In this document: in pieces, positions 13,282 to 26,549 of the stretch
How positions within the stretch are numbered: the first letter of the stretch is position 1
Layout: each line of letters starts with the position of its first letter
From: Macrostomum lignano
Taxonomy: Eukaryota
Length of the DNA stretch: 64,000 nucleotides
Direction: 5' to 3'
NCBI GenBank assembly: GCA_002269645.1
Contig: NIVC01000498.1
Coordinates: 1-64,000, forward strand
Translations under genes and position numbers: made by a program
The notes under the pieces: model-generated
Told to the model about the DNA's origin: nothing
The model's database searches: none
What the model saw: the letters and a program-made list of their open reading frames with translations, nothing else

Positions 13282-14449
13282 GCTCAGACTGAGTAAGCCG
13301 TGATCGCGTTATTTCACTGACTGCGAAGTTTACTAGCTAGTTCTTAAAGTTTGCTTGTTTGACTGTCTTGCGGACGTCGTTATCCATCGTCTTCCGTTGC
13401 AGATGGGGACATGTGGTAGTGGCTGCTAGCTAGAGCTAGCGTTGTTGCACTTTACCCAATCTTATCCTTTTTATGTCTATGGTAGCAACCAGCTATACGT
13501 TCTTAAGCTTTCGTTCTCAGCCTCTCATTTATGTTATAATTTCCTATGCTTGAATAAACTCTGCCGACAGCTTCGTTCAAACTACGACACTGTCAGCGTG
13601 GAAAACCGATTGTATCACCGTCATCGGTAGAAGCGGCTGATCTAGCCTCAGCGGCAGACAGTCCATCAGATGCAGACCGATTGTCGTCCAACAACACACT
13701 ATCGACTTTTTTCAGGGATTCATAGCTTAAAGGTCCTCCAACTCAGAAAAGCGCCAGGCGTAAGAAAGCGGACAGAAGCTGAATCGTGCATTTAATAGAA
13801 TTGTCAGCAAGTTGTCGGCAAGGCGAAGAACTTGTTCGTAAGCACAGTGCAAATTGTCCGCCATCTTGTGCGCTGGACCTAGAAACTATTTAAAGCACTT
13901 CCATTCAGTGACGAACCTGCCCAGTCCGATCGCTCAAAGAAGCGTCAAGCAGTTAGTTTGCTGCAATTGTACACACGAATTAACGAAAAGTCTAATTTGT
14001 TCCTGGCTGAAGTCAGAAGACTCTCGTAGTTGTTCATCTATGCGCTGCTATGGACGCGAGCCGAAATCGCGCGCTACGAGCTACGATGATCATCCTCTAC
14101 GAGTGCTGCGAGTGCTAAGGGCGAACGGAATCAAGCAAATTATGAAGGATCATATACTACTAACCTATTTCCTTCAGAAGAGCCAGTTTTTTATTATCTT
14201 CGCGTAAAATTAGCAGTGAGTCTAATATATCTTTTTATACACTGTTGCTTATACACTGCCTACAATCACCAGCAGAATACGCAAAAGGAGGCCTTTTAAA
14301 CACGAGTGACGAGACGAACGTAAATGGTAACAAATTTTCTGCAGCTATTTAGCTTTTCCTGGTGATATCAGTGAATTTTTTTAGTCACGTACATAACATG
14401 TTCAGCTTCTCCGCTCATAGTCACCTTCCAGCGTCAAGTACTAACAATG

Positions 14450-15900
14450 CAGATTAGCTATGAACTGTATTGGCGTGTTTTGCACCATGCATTTGCATTT
14501 AAAATACTAAAGATTTTTCTATTGCTCATTGGCAGGTCTTTCTGGTATCTCAAATGGCTTTGAGTTGATCCAACCTGAGCCGTTTTGGTGCATGATCCGA
14601 TTGACCACCGACAGGGCAATTTAGCCAGTGCATAGAGTACTTTTCGTACTAAGGACGGCCAGAACCGCCACGGGGAGTCGTTATAGAAAAACTTCTTAAT
14701 GGCATAATGATCAGAAAATAATAGAAAATTCAATTACGGACGACAAACTTACTAAAAGCATAAGACAACAATGTACCAACTTTTTATGAAGGAGAGGAAC
14801 GGGCAAAGTACTGTCGGCATTGCTCGAAGACATTTGCTAAAATAATAATTGTGTGACATTTTTCAGACATGAGCTCCAATAAACAAATTAAAAAACAATT
14901 TATCAATAGGAAAATAAGAAAATAAAGATAATTTTATCAATACGTAGATTATGTAGGCCCGACTTTTTTACTTCGCCGACAGAATTTTTTGTTTCATAAA
15001 CGTACATTTTCACGTTGGAAAGCCGAAAACAAAGTTCCGCGTCAGCATGTACAGACAGCATCAGCATGTACAGATTCGCATGTTAGCATCCTGCTGTATA
15101 ATTGTAGCAATCCTGAGCTCTGGACTCTACACAAGACGGACTGGCAAGCATGAAAAAAACAGTCACTGAGCTGAGCGTGTGCAAATCCTCCGCTCAAAGC
15201 TCCAATGGCAGCAGCTTTAAAAATTAACATTATTCTAGGAGTATTCAACTGAAACAGCAGCCTCTTTAGTTCCTTAAATTGGCGGTCATGTATTCTACGG
15301 CTCTAATTTGGCAGCAAGGAAAAAGCAATTGGAAGCACTTTCCCAAGTACCTTTCCATGCATTGAGTACACATGTGCAGAAGGTTCAGGTGCTGTCCTTA
15401 AAGTACTGTCAACGAAAAGCTCTGCTGCTCGTTAAAGTAACTGGATTAGCCTGTGTTGCATAGGCGACAATACTATCGTTACCCGGTCCAGTATCTATGA
15501 TCAGGAACTCCTCGCCATTTTCAAGCAGGGTGTTTCTTAGCCCTGAAAAGTCCGATCTCAAATTCTCTGAGATGGTAACAGCAGATTCATTTAACATGTC
15601 AGCAGTGGCAGCAGCAACGACCTATCTAGTCGATTCTGCAGTACCGGTTGCTCTATCCCTGACTCAGCAAAGCCTCCGAAGTCTCTTTTCGAATGATTTG
15701 GGAGCATGACTGTTCCGCTATGAGCTGAATGAGCGCACCATTAGTCACTCGAATCTGACCACGACAATACAACCGCTCATTAACCACAAGTCCAAGATGA
15801 CTGCCCAGGCTCCTGCAGATCCCTCTCTTTAGCATACTATGTAACAGCCTTTGTGCTTCAGCTTTGTACGGCCTCTCTGAGTTAGCAGCTCCATCAACAA
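14450..15900 (-). pseudogene. Degenerate Mutator (MULE) transposase
   Basis: EEFLIIDTG...FVDSTLRTAP...VYSMHG...LPIAFSLLPN and CFFHACQSV...VQSSGL match the MULE DGTF...QLYTIH...LLPNK and CxFH pattern; several stops and frameshifts. Confidence 0.8.
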
Positions 15901-16779
15901 ATTGGCCTTTATGTGCTGGCAGTAATATACTAGTATATTACTTATCTGTACATGGAGATATTAATTTCAATGCTGATTCACTTATAGCAAAAACTATTTT
16001 AGTCTTCTTAATTAGTTTACGATGAAAATAGAAAAAAATTTAAAATGTGTTTTTACAAAAATTCAACAATTAGACTTTATTGACAGTCGTCCCGTTTACT
16101 ATAGCATACTTGTAACCCACATCAAAGTATGTAAATTTTAAAGCAATGCTAAAACGCTTCAGTAAAAGTGCACATTTTAATACACAATGCTATAATTCAC
16201 ATCAGCCTGACATTGGACATCAAATAACTGTGAACCATCGGCTAGATCCTACTGTAAAAATACATGTAAATGTTTTGGCATTATCCACCAACGCACAGAA
16301 AGGAAGCAGAAAACTAAATACATGTACAGAATGGAAAAAACCTTAACTACACGTAAAACTGCCTACTCGCATAACTGCGCATATCCGCTAATGCCCATCT
16401 AAAAAGGCCTTCATTAAGTTTCAGCTTGATTGTTTGATTCAGTTAGCAAAGTGTTTCTCTGCTAACAGTAATATCTTGTGCTCTTAGCAGTTGATAAATC
16501 CACCATTCCTTCAAAAATTGAGTACGGGTCTACGAAAGATGCCAGAAAAGTGTATGTAGCAGTTGTGCATGTAGCTAAGTGGGCGATGGTGGGAAGAAGT
16601 GAAAAAGTGAAAACCGAAGCGCATACATGTACAGTAGTAGGACGTACACGCACGGTAATTTTTTTCAACTCATTTTTACGAAAGGACAACGCTTTAAAAC
16701 GTACATGTATTCTGTACACTAATAGACACTTCGCCACTGCTACGCCTGACAGAAGAATCAGCAAAAAAACTGCAAACGG

Positions 16780-17010
16780 TGGTCACGGCGCCGTCGGTCA
16801 TAGAAATGCCGCTATTGCGGCCACCGCCGCCGCTAGTCACGGAACTGTTGCCGCCGGCCATTGAAATACCGCTATTGCGTCCGCCGCCGGTCATGGAAAT
16901 GCCGCTGTTGTGGCCACCGCCGCCGGTCATGTAAATGCTGTTATTGGGGCCAACGCCGCTGCCGCCGGTCACGGAACTGTTGCCATGGAAAAGGCGCTAT
17001 TTCGGCCGCT
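16780..17010. repeat. GC-rich imperfect ~33-39-bp repeats (Gly/Ser-rich if read on the minus strand)
   Basis: Recurrent ggcggc(ggc)cgcaatagcggcatttccatgacc on the minus strand; ORF 16694-16972 reads MTGGG...NSGISMTGGG. Confidence 0.6.
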
Positions 17011-17729
17011 GTCGCCGCCGCTATCGCTGGTCACGAGTAGGCCGTCATCTCGGTCACTGCTGCTTATGGTTGCTATAGTTTCCATTTGTTCCACTGGGGT
17101 GCGCAGTAAATACAATTTCATGGCGACTTTCTCAAATGTCTATCAGCTGCTTTGAAGTAAGCTTTTTGGCGTGTGGTCCTTTGGAATGCCAACGCGCTGC
17201 CTCTACGATCTCTTTCCAACTTCGAATCTTGGATTGGTCTTCGTTACTACAAAATTTTTTATGCTATTGTAGCCCGCAAACATGCGGCAACACAAATACA
17301 TATTGTGTATCTTGGCTCGCATGCCCAGCTGCTTGAGTCACACACATCGACTCGTAGCGTTCCTCGCTAGACAGCACCTCTTTCAAACAACTGTCAGAAC
17401 GGAGGCGTGGTGGTAGCAAATTTTCTCTTTAGAGCAGTTCAGCGCAACCACTTGGCTATACTCTTGAACCTACCCCTTAAATTTCCAGGGTGTCGCCCAC
17501 GGTCCAGTCATTCACCCGAGCCGAGCTGTTTTGCCCAGAATCTGTAGGACACATAGGATGTTGAGTCGTCGACCAGCGTTATTTTGGCCAAGTTGACGGG
17601 GGGTTCTTTTTTTCAGGAATTCCTTAGGTGGTTCGATGCTCTCGATTACACCTCCGAGGTCAACCTTTCTGTTTAAGCAGCGAGAAAGTGCACAGTAAAC
17701 TGCATCGGTAATGAAAAATTCGATGTATT

Positions 17730-18130
17730 TTATAACACTTTTTCATGGCAACGGCAGACATGGCAACGGCAGACAGGTTGCCGTTTTTTATAAACCACAC
17801 TGGCTGATTGAGGCTCGCTCTTTTGGGTCGCCATGAATATCGTTTTCTTGTCTACTGGCGAAGTTATCTCGAACTCGTTGTCAGTGCAATTGTAGGTCGG
17901 ATTCGCAGACTTCACCCAACCGCCAAACGATCGTACAGCAGTTGAATCTTGGAACATGTGGTGATTTTTCAAGTCGCGACCAAAAACGCTGATCCGAACT
18001 TCCTCTGCTCACCAAAACGAAGGAAAACACTTAGGCGTTTCATTTGGCGTTGGTGTAACTTGAGCTCCTTTACTCGTGACATCAGGCCGATTACAGCACC
18101 ATCCATCAAGCCGGGTACAAGAGCTGCAGT
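17730..18130 (-). pseudogene. RPA70-like OB-fold gene copy 1 (frameshifted)
   Basis: AALVPGLMDGAVIGLMSRVKELK and KNHHMFQDST...KSANPTYNCTDNEFEIT are nearly collinear with the copy at 45326. Confidence 0.8.
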
Positions 18131-18669
18131 AGGCAGGCAGTATCCGGCAGAAGCTAAGCAGAATGTCAGCAGTTCGAGTCTGCATTGAAGCAAAGAATTT
18201 ATCTTTGTAACCTGTGACAATAATGATTGTATCCTATGCAGATTCATGGAGATGGTAAACATTTAAATTTAAAGATACTTTTGCTGGGAGCTGCGTTAGT
18301 CTTCTAGAGGGTAATACCCTTTGCAAAGAGTATTACTAATCTGGGTGAGCAGTGCTAATCTGACGTACAATGGAGTAATAAATATGCTAGAGGATTGCAA
18401 ATCAAATTTGAACTGCAAATCGCAAACATTTCAAATGCTTTCGATTATTGAGTAGCATATGGAGATCAGTGGCCATCTGCTCGCAGATTTTGCGGAACAG
18501 TGCTGGTGAACCATTGCTAAACTGCTGGTAAAGCATTGCTAAAGTGATGGTGAACCACTCTAATTTTTTTATAAATGCTACTTTAAACAGAAGAAAACTC
18601 AAGGCAAGAAAAAGCAAAAAAAAATCACCATGTCAACCATAAAAGAAGCGGTCTGTCGAGCATGAAATA

Positions 18670-19500
18670 CTCAATGGGAATTGCTAAGATGTCAGGGCTG
18701 GTATGGGAAATTGCTTTGATGTCAAGGCTCATAGGAGAATTTCTATGATCTCTAGGCTTAGGGGGGAATTGCTATAATGATGTGATTCTGGGGAGAATTG
18801 CTTGGGTTCAAAGTTTCATTTGTGAAATTGCTGAGTTATAAAGGAGTGCTGAAATGCTGTGACTCGGCTGCAGGTTAAGGTTATGGTTAGAGCTCAATTA
18901 TAGAGCGATCGTCGTGTCAGTCAATAATGATTCATCGAGGAATTGCTAAGATTAAAGGCTCTTGGGGCGAATTACTTCAATGATTTGGCTCTTCGGGGAA
19001 TTGCTCACAGGTCAAGGCTTTCGGTGAAATTTAGATTTCAAAGTTTATGAGGAAGTTACTTTATTGCTGAGGCTCAAGGCTCCTGGGGCAAATTGCTAAC
19101 ATACCAAGGCTCACTTATGAGTCAGGGTTACGGGCTTACGGTCAGTTTGGCTCAATCATGGAATAGAATAACCGCTCTGTCAACCATTAATCAGACTTGC
19201 TAAGATGGGAATTGCTAAGATATCAAGGCTCATGGGGGGATCACTGAGTCTACAAGGCTCATAAAGAAATTGCTGAGAAATCAAGGCTCACCAGGGGATT
19301 GCTGAATTCTGGAGGAGGGGAGTTGGGTTGCTGGGATGTCAAGGCTTACTGGACTGGGAGAATTGCGTAGATGTCAAGGCTCGACTTTAATTGCTGCGAT
19401 ATTGATGCTTACTGAGGGAATTTCCGAGATGTCAAGGGTCGAGTTTAATTGCTGCGATATTGATGCTTACTAAGGGAATTTCTAAGATTGATGTAACCAC
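18670..19500. repeat. Degenerate ~30-bp tandem repeat (gggaattgctaagatgtcaaggctc)
   Basis: Motif ggaattgct...tcaaggctc recurs many times with variable spacers. Confidence 0.65.
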
Positions 19501-20718
19501 GCTCTGGTCGCGGGATAGGGCAGGGGAACTTTTTCGAAAGTGCCTCCTATCGCCGTGCACCCCCTGCACAGAGCTGTTGAGACTCGGCCAGGTCTTCGAC
19601 CAGGCCTGGAGACTCCCGCTCTGCTGCACCCCCTGCTGCCTTGGCTCCGTCTCCCCTGCCGCCACACTTGCCTTTCCGGAGCTCCCCCTCCCTCTTTGTA
19701 CTTCCCCCTCTACCCTATCTCCTCTGCGCTCCGCCCTATTCTTCGTGTACTTTTCCTGTCTCCCCTCTTTTTGCCCCTTTTCGCACTATTTTCCTGCGCT
19801 GTCCCCCCTTTCTCTGCGTCTACTTACAGTATTTTGTGCGCTCACCGTCACCCCATCCCTTCTTAAACTCCCAAACGGTGACGCAAGTTGTGTGACCCCT
19901 TCTTCCCCTCGATGACTCATCGATAACTCATCCCCCTCCCTTGCGCAACCTTTTCTCATGCTATTGTTCTCCTCCCCAAATTTCTCATACGACACCCACC
20001 CCACCTCCGCTTCTATTGTTCTCGTTTTTTATTCTTTTGTCCTCTTTACCCCCACCAATTATCACATTTTCTCCGATTTTCTCTTTCTATTGTTCTCGTT
20101 TTCGCACCTAATTATCACCTTTTCTCCAATGTTTGCTTTTATATTGTTCTCGATTCTCCCCAATTATCCCCGAATTCCAATTCCTTTGTTCTCGACCCCA
20201 GCCCCATTGTTCTCAATGTTTGCTTGCGCAACACTTTCTCGGCCTCCCGCTGCGCCAATTATCCCCCACCCCACCTCCGGATTGCGCAATTCTCCCATTT
20301 CTCATGTTGCTATGCCGTTTTCGTGCTTCTCATCATGACTCATTCTGACGTCATTCTGCCGGCAGCCAATCAGAAAGAGAGAGTCATGGAAACGACCTTG
20401 GAGCGGCGGCTGGGAAGGCTATATAAGGAAGCGGTTTTCGGCATGAGAATCCTCAGATGGGTTCCTTCTCGTCCTACTGTGGACTTGCTGTCAGACCTTG
20501 ATCTGACCAGGTTCGTCTATAGGACGAACCTCTTCCGGTCCGCGGTCTGATACCGCCAAGTTACCTTTGCTCCTCAAGTGAGCTCGCCTATCGGCCAGCG
20601 GTCTGATACCGCCCAGCATCATCAGCATCGCCTGATCTACATCAGCGCCTCGTCGCTTCAGTGCATCGCCGCTTCACTGTCTGCCTATCTACAGCCTACA
20701 GCCGTCCCGGTCACTCCA

Positions 20719-20721
<3 letters not shown>

Positions 20722-20790
<69 letters not shown>
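20722..20790. repeat. (TC)n microsatellite
   Basis: Uninterrupted tc run of ~68 bp. Confidence 0.95.
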
Positions 20791-20795
<5 letters not shown>

Positions 20796-23700
20796 AGCTG
20801 CCGGTAAGTCCTCATTACTAATTTGTGCTCTATTGCCTTTGCTTATCCGGGATTTGCCTATTTTTCCATTGCTTGATTAGAGGGCTGAGCCAATTGTGAT
20901 ACCGTATCTCTTGCTGTATTTTACTCAATAGTGAAGCCGCCTAATTGCCTGACTATTTGCCTAAGGGCCTAATTATTAACTATTAACTAACCTCATCATT
21001 CACTCTTTCACCACCATTTCACTCATGGCTTGCTAAGCCTTTCTCCCGGGGTGGCGAAGCATAAGGAAGTTTGGGTAAGCTAATGGCCTCTCCCCGTGCA
21101 AAGCCCGCCTGTGAGTGCGTGCTGTGAGGTCGTGTAGTACGCGCAGTAGAGGGATTAGCGAGTCTTGGCACAGAACGGCAGTAGGAAGGTTACAACCCCA
21201 TGCTAACGCGTCCCTTCGCCCTGAGCAATCTAAACTATAGACAGTACATGTTCACCTCATACTACTCTCAGTAATCAAAGTCGCAAGTCAGCCTCGCTCA
21301 CAGTCACAAAGGATCCCCTGCTAAGAAATCCTCCAGATTGAGCCCTGAGTTCCCGAACATGCCCCAAGCAGAGTCCCTGTACTCGGCTGCATGTGTCTCC
21401 CCTGTTAGCCTAAATCTCCTGGTAACCATCCCAGGCGGGGCTCTAGCCTCGTGAGGTCTGGTAGTAAGATCCAGGTGCGCCAGGTCACATAGAGTGGTGG
21501 CAGCCACTCGGTCATACTATGACCGAGTGACCAACTATTGCACCTTGGCTACAGGTGGGGTCCATGTGGGTCCTTGGCCCTCTGGTCACGAAGCGCTACC
21601 AAAGCTATCAATTATGTGGGCGGGACAGTCTGATGTTGGAGGTCCGTCAGGTCATTGCCCGGTCATAGGCAGCCTACGGTCATTGCCCCCACTAGTCATG
21701 CGTTCGTCTCTCTACGGAGCGGACAGGCGACAAAGGCGGTTACATCGAAATGGTGGCAGCGGTGGGATCTGGTGCAAACAGCGCTGCATTTCGGACTGGT
21801 GGTTTAGATGTGACAAGCACACCTGTGGCATCCCTCAGAATGGTGGCCGAAGCGCAAAGAGTGCCATGTCTAAATCCATCAATTATAAAAATCGCCGAGC
21901 GTCATTCTCTTCTTCCATGTCGTGAGGCAACAAAAACCCAAAAATATTAATGTAATGTTTCAAACTTTTTCGGGCTGCGAATTCGTTCAATTCGTTCAAG
22001 TTCAAAATTCATTCATTCGCAGAAAGCCCGTGATTCAATTTAAAATTAAGTTTGCCGATCAGTTTCAGCGCTAGAAAGTGTGAAGTGGTAGACGAGCGGA
22101 TTTGATTTCAATCAGAATAGCTACCTGGTAACGGAGTGTGTGAAGAACTGCGAAAGTGAGTTTTCCGGACTCACTTTCTATTTTACGGTAATATGCTTTA
22201 TTTCCCCTCCCTTTCTTTCTCTCGCCTAGCCTACAGCGGAACTGTGTGAGTGTTGAGGTGGACAGCCAGCCAGGTACGGAAGCCTCATCACGCAAGCACA
22301 GGGAAGCTGGAAGCGAAGCATTTTTTTTTCATTGTCCTACCTCTTTCTTTTACTCGGGGGAGTGTAACAGTCGCTCTCCCTGATCGCTCAGTTAATCCTA
22401 GAAATGCGTAGAGACCGGAGCGTGTTTTGTTTGTCCATTAGAATGAACAGCTATCAAGGGCTATGGAGAATTCGCTATATATGCAAAGTAAGGGAAGCAG
22501 TAGACATGGCCTTGGAAACATTGGGGGATATCAAAGTCTCGCAGGAATGGGAATAGCGGTGTGATTGTATCTGTGGGATATCAGTGTGTCACCTCCTATG
22601 GAATACCTGCGATCAGCCCGGACCTGGATTCTGCGGTAACCTCTGGTGCCTTCATGGCTGGGATTCGATCCCAACATATCTGCTGACTCTCCCCACTACA
22701 TTGCAGACCCGGTAGTAACTGCTTTGGTTGCATTTGGGCTGGTGTAGTGGCTAGAAATAGTAGATCCCATAGTTTCCTATTGGTAGTGGAGTTCAGTGAG
22801 TATTGGAATGGTGTACTGGAAGTCTGGTGGTCCCCAGTGATCTCGTAATTTTTCCTGCTGCATTCTCCTTAAATAATTTCTTCCCCCTGCCGTCAGTCTG
22901 ATCGGGGAGGTGGGTGTGCCAATCAGCCCGACCCGGTAGAACGGCGCTCCTGCCCGACTTGTCAGCCTGGTCCAGGAAGGCGCTATTGCGCCACTCTTCC
23001 CCTTTTGGCCACTGCAGCCCACTAAGTGCTTAGACGCAGGGCTGCATACAGTCCTCTAATTTAAGGCCCCGGTACATAGAGTGCCACCCCAGTGCCCCGC
23101 AAGGTCAATAAGACGTTGACGTCTCCGGCAACTTGGAATAACCTAGATGGAGGTACCGCTGTCTCCTGGTAGAACCGGGCGTTCAAGTACAGTAAAGTGG
23201 AGAGGCTGACAACTGTAAGACTTTCTCCGCCATCAGATAAAGGTCCCAAGTATGCTATTTCGAGCTGCAGCAAAGGTGGAGTATCGGAGGGACAAGCATT
23301 TCAGGAAGATACTCATTTAGATCTGTTTATCTTAGGAAAGCGGGCGAGGGTTTCAGGCTTGTAATCCGCCTAACCTGAAAACTTCGGGGACAGTTTAGTC
23401 TGGACTCCCGCTGCGCGCCTTCGCTCTGAACAGAAAGAGGAGATTTTGGTTTTTGTGGATTCTGCTAGACGTAGGGGAGTTGGATTCCCGCCTTTTGTGA
23501 AGCCGCGTGTACAAGATTGGTAGTCCTGAGAGTAGAAGCCCCTCTGGGCGCTGACGGTTTTCCGGTTGTGCAAGGGCAATAAAGTGGGAGGATCTTCATG
23601 GAAATTGCTCCCGCCACTTGGGTTTTTGGGTCCAGGCGCCAACGCTTCTTCGTAGTGGCTTTCTTAAGGAAATGGGGTCCGGCGTGCAACCCTAGGGGAG

Positions 23701-24118
23701 AATTTGTACAGGTGCCGTAAGTCCGTTTACGGTCGGCATTTGGGTTCCTTAGCATGGCCGCAAAATGAAGGTCAAGTCTCTCTGAATAGCTAATTTTTCC
23801 CTGTCAGGATGTGCCATAGACAATTGGTAGTGGTAGCCGCAGTTTTGAGTTTGTGTGCTTTGCCGAGTGAAGCCGTTAGGACTGCCTAGATGGAATTATG
23901 TGGAGCCACCCGTTTTTCAATTTATTCTCTTCGACGCCGCAAGTGTGAGAGTTTTGTCTGTATTTGTGTGTGTGTGTGTGTCAGTGTGTTTTTGGTCAAC
24001 TTTTTCGGGTGTTTACCTGTAGTTGCCCCGGTTTTCTTTTCTTTCCCGGTAGTGGGTACTCCCCCAGATATCCGGCATTCACACGTCACGGGCGCGTGGA
24101 GATAGGGTCGTAGAAGCT

Positions 24119-25330
24119 GTGTGCGCAGACGCCCCTGGTCAACCACCTTCGGCCGCTGACACCCCAGCAGTTGCCGCCCCCGCAGCCGCAATGGCCGCAG
24201 CCGCTGGTAACCAGGTCCCTCAGCCTCCAGAAGCAGTAGTAGTTAAGGAACCAGATGAAGGAGTAGCAGCTCCCGCTCCCAATCAGGGTGATGCAGCAGC
24301 CGCCGCTGCTCTCCCGGCCGCAGCCCAGAATTCTCCTTAGACAGTCCCGCAGCTAGGAGATTTAGTTGCTGCTATAGCCAATGCGTTTAACCAGCTAAAC
24401 ATGGGCCAAGAAGCTCAGAGGCCGAAGATCTACGAAGAGAAGTTCTCTCCCGGCGAACACTGTTTTGTGCAATAGGTAGAGAGGATGATCTACAAGCTGG
24501 ACGCAGAGAGAAGTGTAGGAGACCAGGCTAGGAAGCAGGTACTTATCTCCCACCTTCCAGGTGAATTTTAGAACCTAGCCTTAGGTTTAGACGGGCAATT
24601 GTCATTTGAGCAGTTCGTAGCAAGATTAGGAGGACAGTTAGGCGAGGCCAACACTGACCTGGCTAAGAGAAATAAGCTGAAGAATCTGAGCCAGAAACCA
24701 GGCCAATCACATAGTGCTTTTGCCGCTATGATCAGATCTCAGATAACGGCCATGTTTCCTCAGATTCAGGGTGAGCAGAGAGAACAAGAGATCGTGTATA
24801 CCTATTTGGAACACGCCAAGCTCCCTCGCCAGGTCAGAAAAGATCTGTTGAGCCGTCGCTGGCAGACAATCGAGCAGGTTCTAGAACAGCAGCAAGCCCT
24901 GTTAGAGGCCGCCGACTTGGCTGGGAAATGGGACAGTAGTGGCCCACCCAAGTCTGAGTCCCGCGCTGAAGTCCGTCTGCAACCTCAGCAGCCGCCCAGG
25001 CCCCCTCGCAAGTGGTTCAGGATGGTGAACCAGGAATCTGACGAGACGAAGGAGGACGGTGACGGCCTATCAGAGATGCAGGAGAGGTTGGGCGCGCTAG
25101 AGCAAACGCAAAAGGATCTGCGAAATCAGCTGGTGCAGCTCAATAAAACCATAAGAGTGACAGCAGAGTCTGTTGCCCAGCTGCCCCAGCAGATGAGGCC
25201 TCCTCGCCCCGCCACTCCCAACAGGAACTGGAGGCAGGGACAGGGCGGTTCTAATAGCAATAGGAACTGGCGCCAATCCCAGCCCCCGCCGCTTGCAATT
25301 CAGGAGGCGCCCACGCCGCAGGCGCCGGAT
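24119..25330 (+). pseudogene. Retrotransposon gag-like ORF with premature stops
   Basis: SFEQFVARL...KLKNLSQKPGQSHSAFAAMIRSQITAMFP resembles a Gypsy capsid C-terminal motif, followed by a coiled-coil and a P/Q/R-rich tail; stops at ~24337, ~24474 and ~24568. Confidence 0.6.
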
Positions 25331-25339
25331 GTGCGGCAG

Positions 25340-26549
25340 CAGCAATTGCAGTTTCGTGCGTCACCCGATCGCCATATGAGGGCATCGACCTGGCTGTGCA
25401 GAATCTGCAGAGCATGATGACGTCAATGGGCGGTCTCAGTCTGCAAGAGTACGGACTGCCTGCCGCCTCCGCTATGCCGAAAGTCGGGCCGCTGCAGTTT
25501 GACACGGTCGAGCAGGCGGAGATCACCGAGATGCGACTGCTGCTTCCGGTGGTGAAAAATGGTACCCGTGCCAACCATATCCTGGCGTGTGTGAGCAAGT
25601 CCCCGCTATGGTCTTTGTTCCGGAGGCACCGCCTTTCCAAGAACATCCGGCTGCAGAGCTTTGCAGATGCTGAGCTGTACCGTCGCTACATGCAGCTGCT
25701 CATGCAGGTAAGCTTTGTTCTTGTTCCTTCTAAAAGCAGAACACCTGTGCAGCTTGTGACTCTCGTAAATTTTCCTGCCCATCCACACAGATCGGCTCTG
25801 GGTCGGCTGATCAGTCGGACGACACCGTCTGCCTTCCTGCCGAGATTGTCATTCCGGCGGAGGCGTCGCTGTCCGAGCTGATCCAGTTTGTGTACCCTTC
25901 GTTCGAGGCGTCAGCGGAGCGCGACGGCTACTTTGCCAGCCGAGCAATCCTGGCGCCCTACAACGATGCGGTTGACGCGATCAACAACGAGTGCCTGGCA
26001 ATGTTTCCAGGCCAACTGCACGAGTATCGCTCAGTGGACAGCGTGGCTGACGAGGAAGCAGCAACGCATTTTCCTCCGGAGCTGCTGAATCAGCTGGATG
26101 CTCCAAACTTTCCTACTCACCTGCTCAAGCTCAAGGTGGGCATGCCGCTGGTTCTGCTGCGGAATCTGAATCCACCATGGCTGTGCAACGGCACCCGGCT
26201 GACTATCCTGGAGCTGGGCGTGAACGTGCTGCGCTGCAAAGTCGCTGCCGGCCAGTTCACTGGAGATGAGATCCTGCTGCCGAGGATTCCGCTGGAGCCC
26301 AACAATGCTGACCTGCCAGTCTGCTTCAAGCGGCTGCAGTTCCCAGTCAAGCCGAGCTTCTGCCTGACGATTCACAAGTCGCAGGGCCAGTCACTCGACA
26401 CCGTGGGCATCGACCTGGCTGTCGGCTGCTTTGCTCACGGCCAGCTGTACACGGCGCTTTCCCGGGCCAAGAACGTCGACAGCGTGCGCGTCCGAATCTT
26501 CGGTGAGAGAACGAAGAATGTCGTGTACCCTGAGGTGCTGACTGACTGA
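25340..26549 (+). pseudogene. Helitron PIF1-like helicase, C-terminal part, internally deleted, with one intron
   Basis: SLQEYGLP; LLPVVKNGTRA...SPLW...LSKNIRL; phase-0 GT-AG intron 25708-25790 restores the frame; RAILAPYN, LRNLNPPWLCNGTRL, RLQFPV, TIHKSQGQSL, HGQLYTALSR. The Walker A/B region is missing. Confidence 0.9.

Larger units (their letters stand above)
11111..13589 (+). mobile_element. Internally deleted Ty3/Gypsy LTR retrotransposon (2479 bp)
   Basis: LTRs TG...CA at 11111-11327 and 13412-13589; 5-bp TSD ctgtc at 11106-11110 and 13590-13594; purine tract agatggggaca before the 3' LTR; gag and integrase present, protease/RT/RNase H absent. Confidence 0.95.

Noticed and set aside
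19460-20348. Overlapping Phe/Leu/Pro/Ser-rich ORFs
   Set aside because: A pyrimidine-rich low-complexity strand that lacks stops for compositional reasons.
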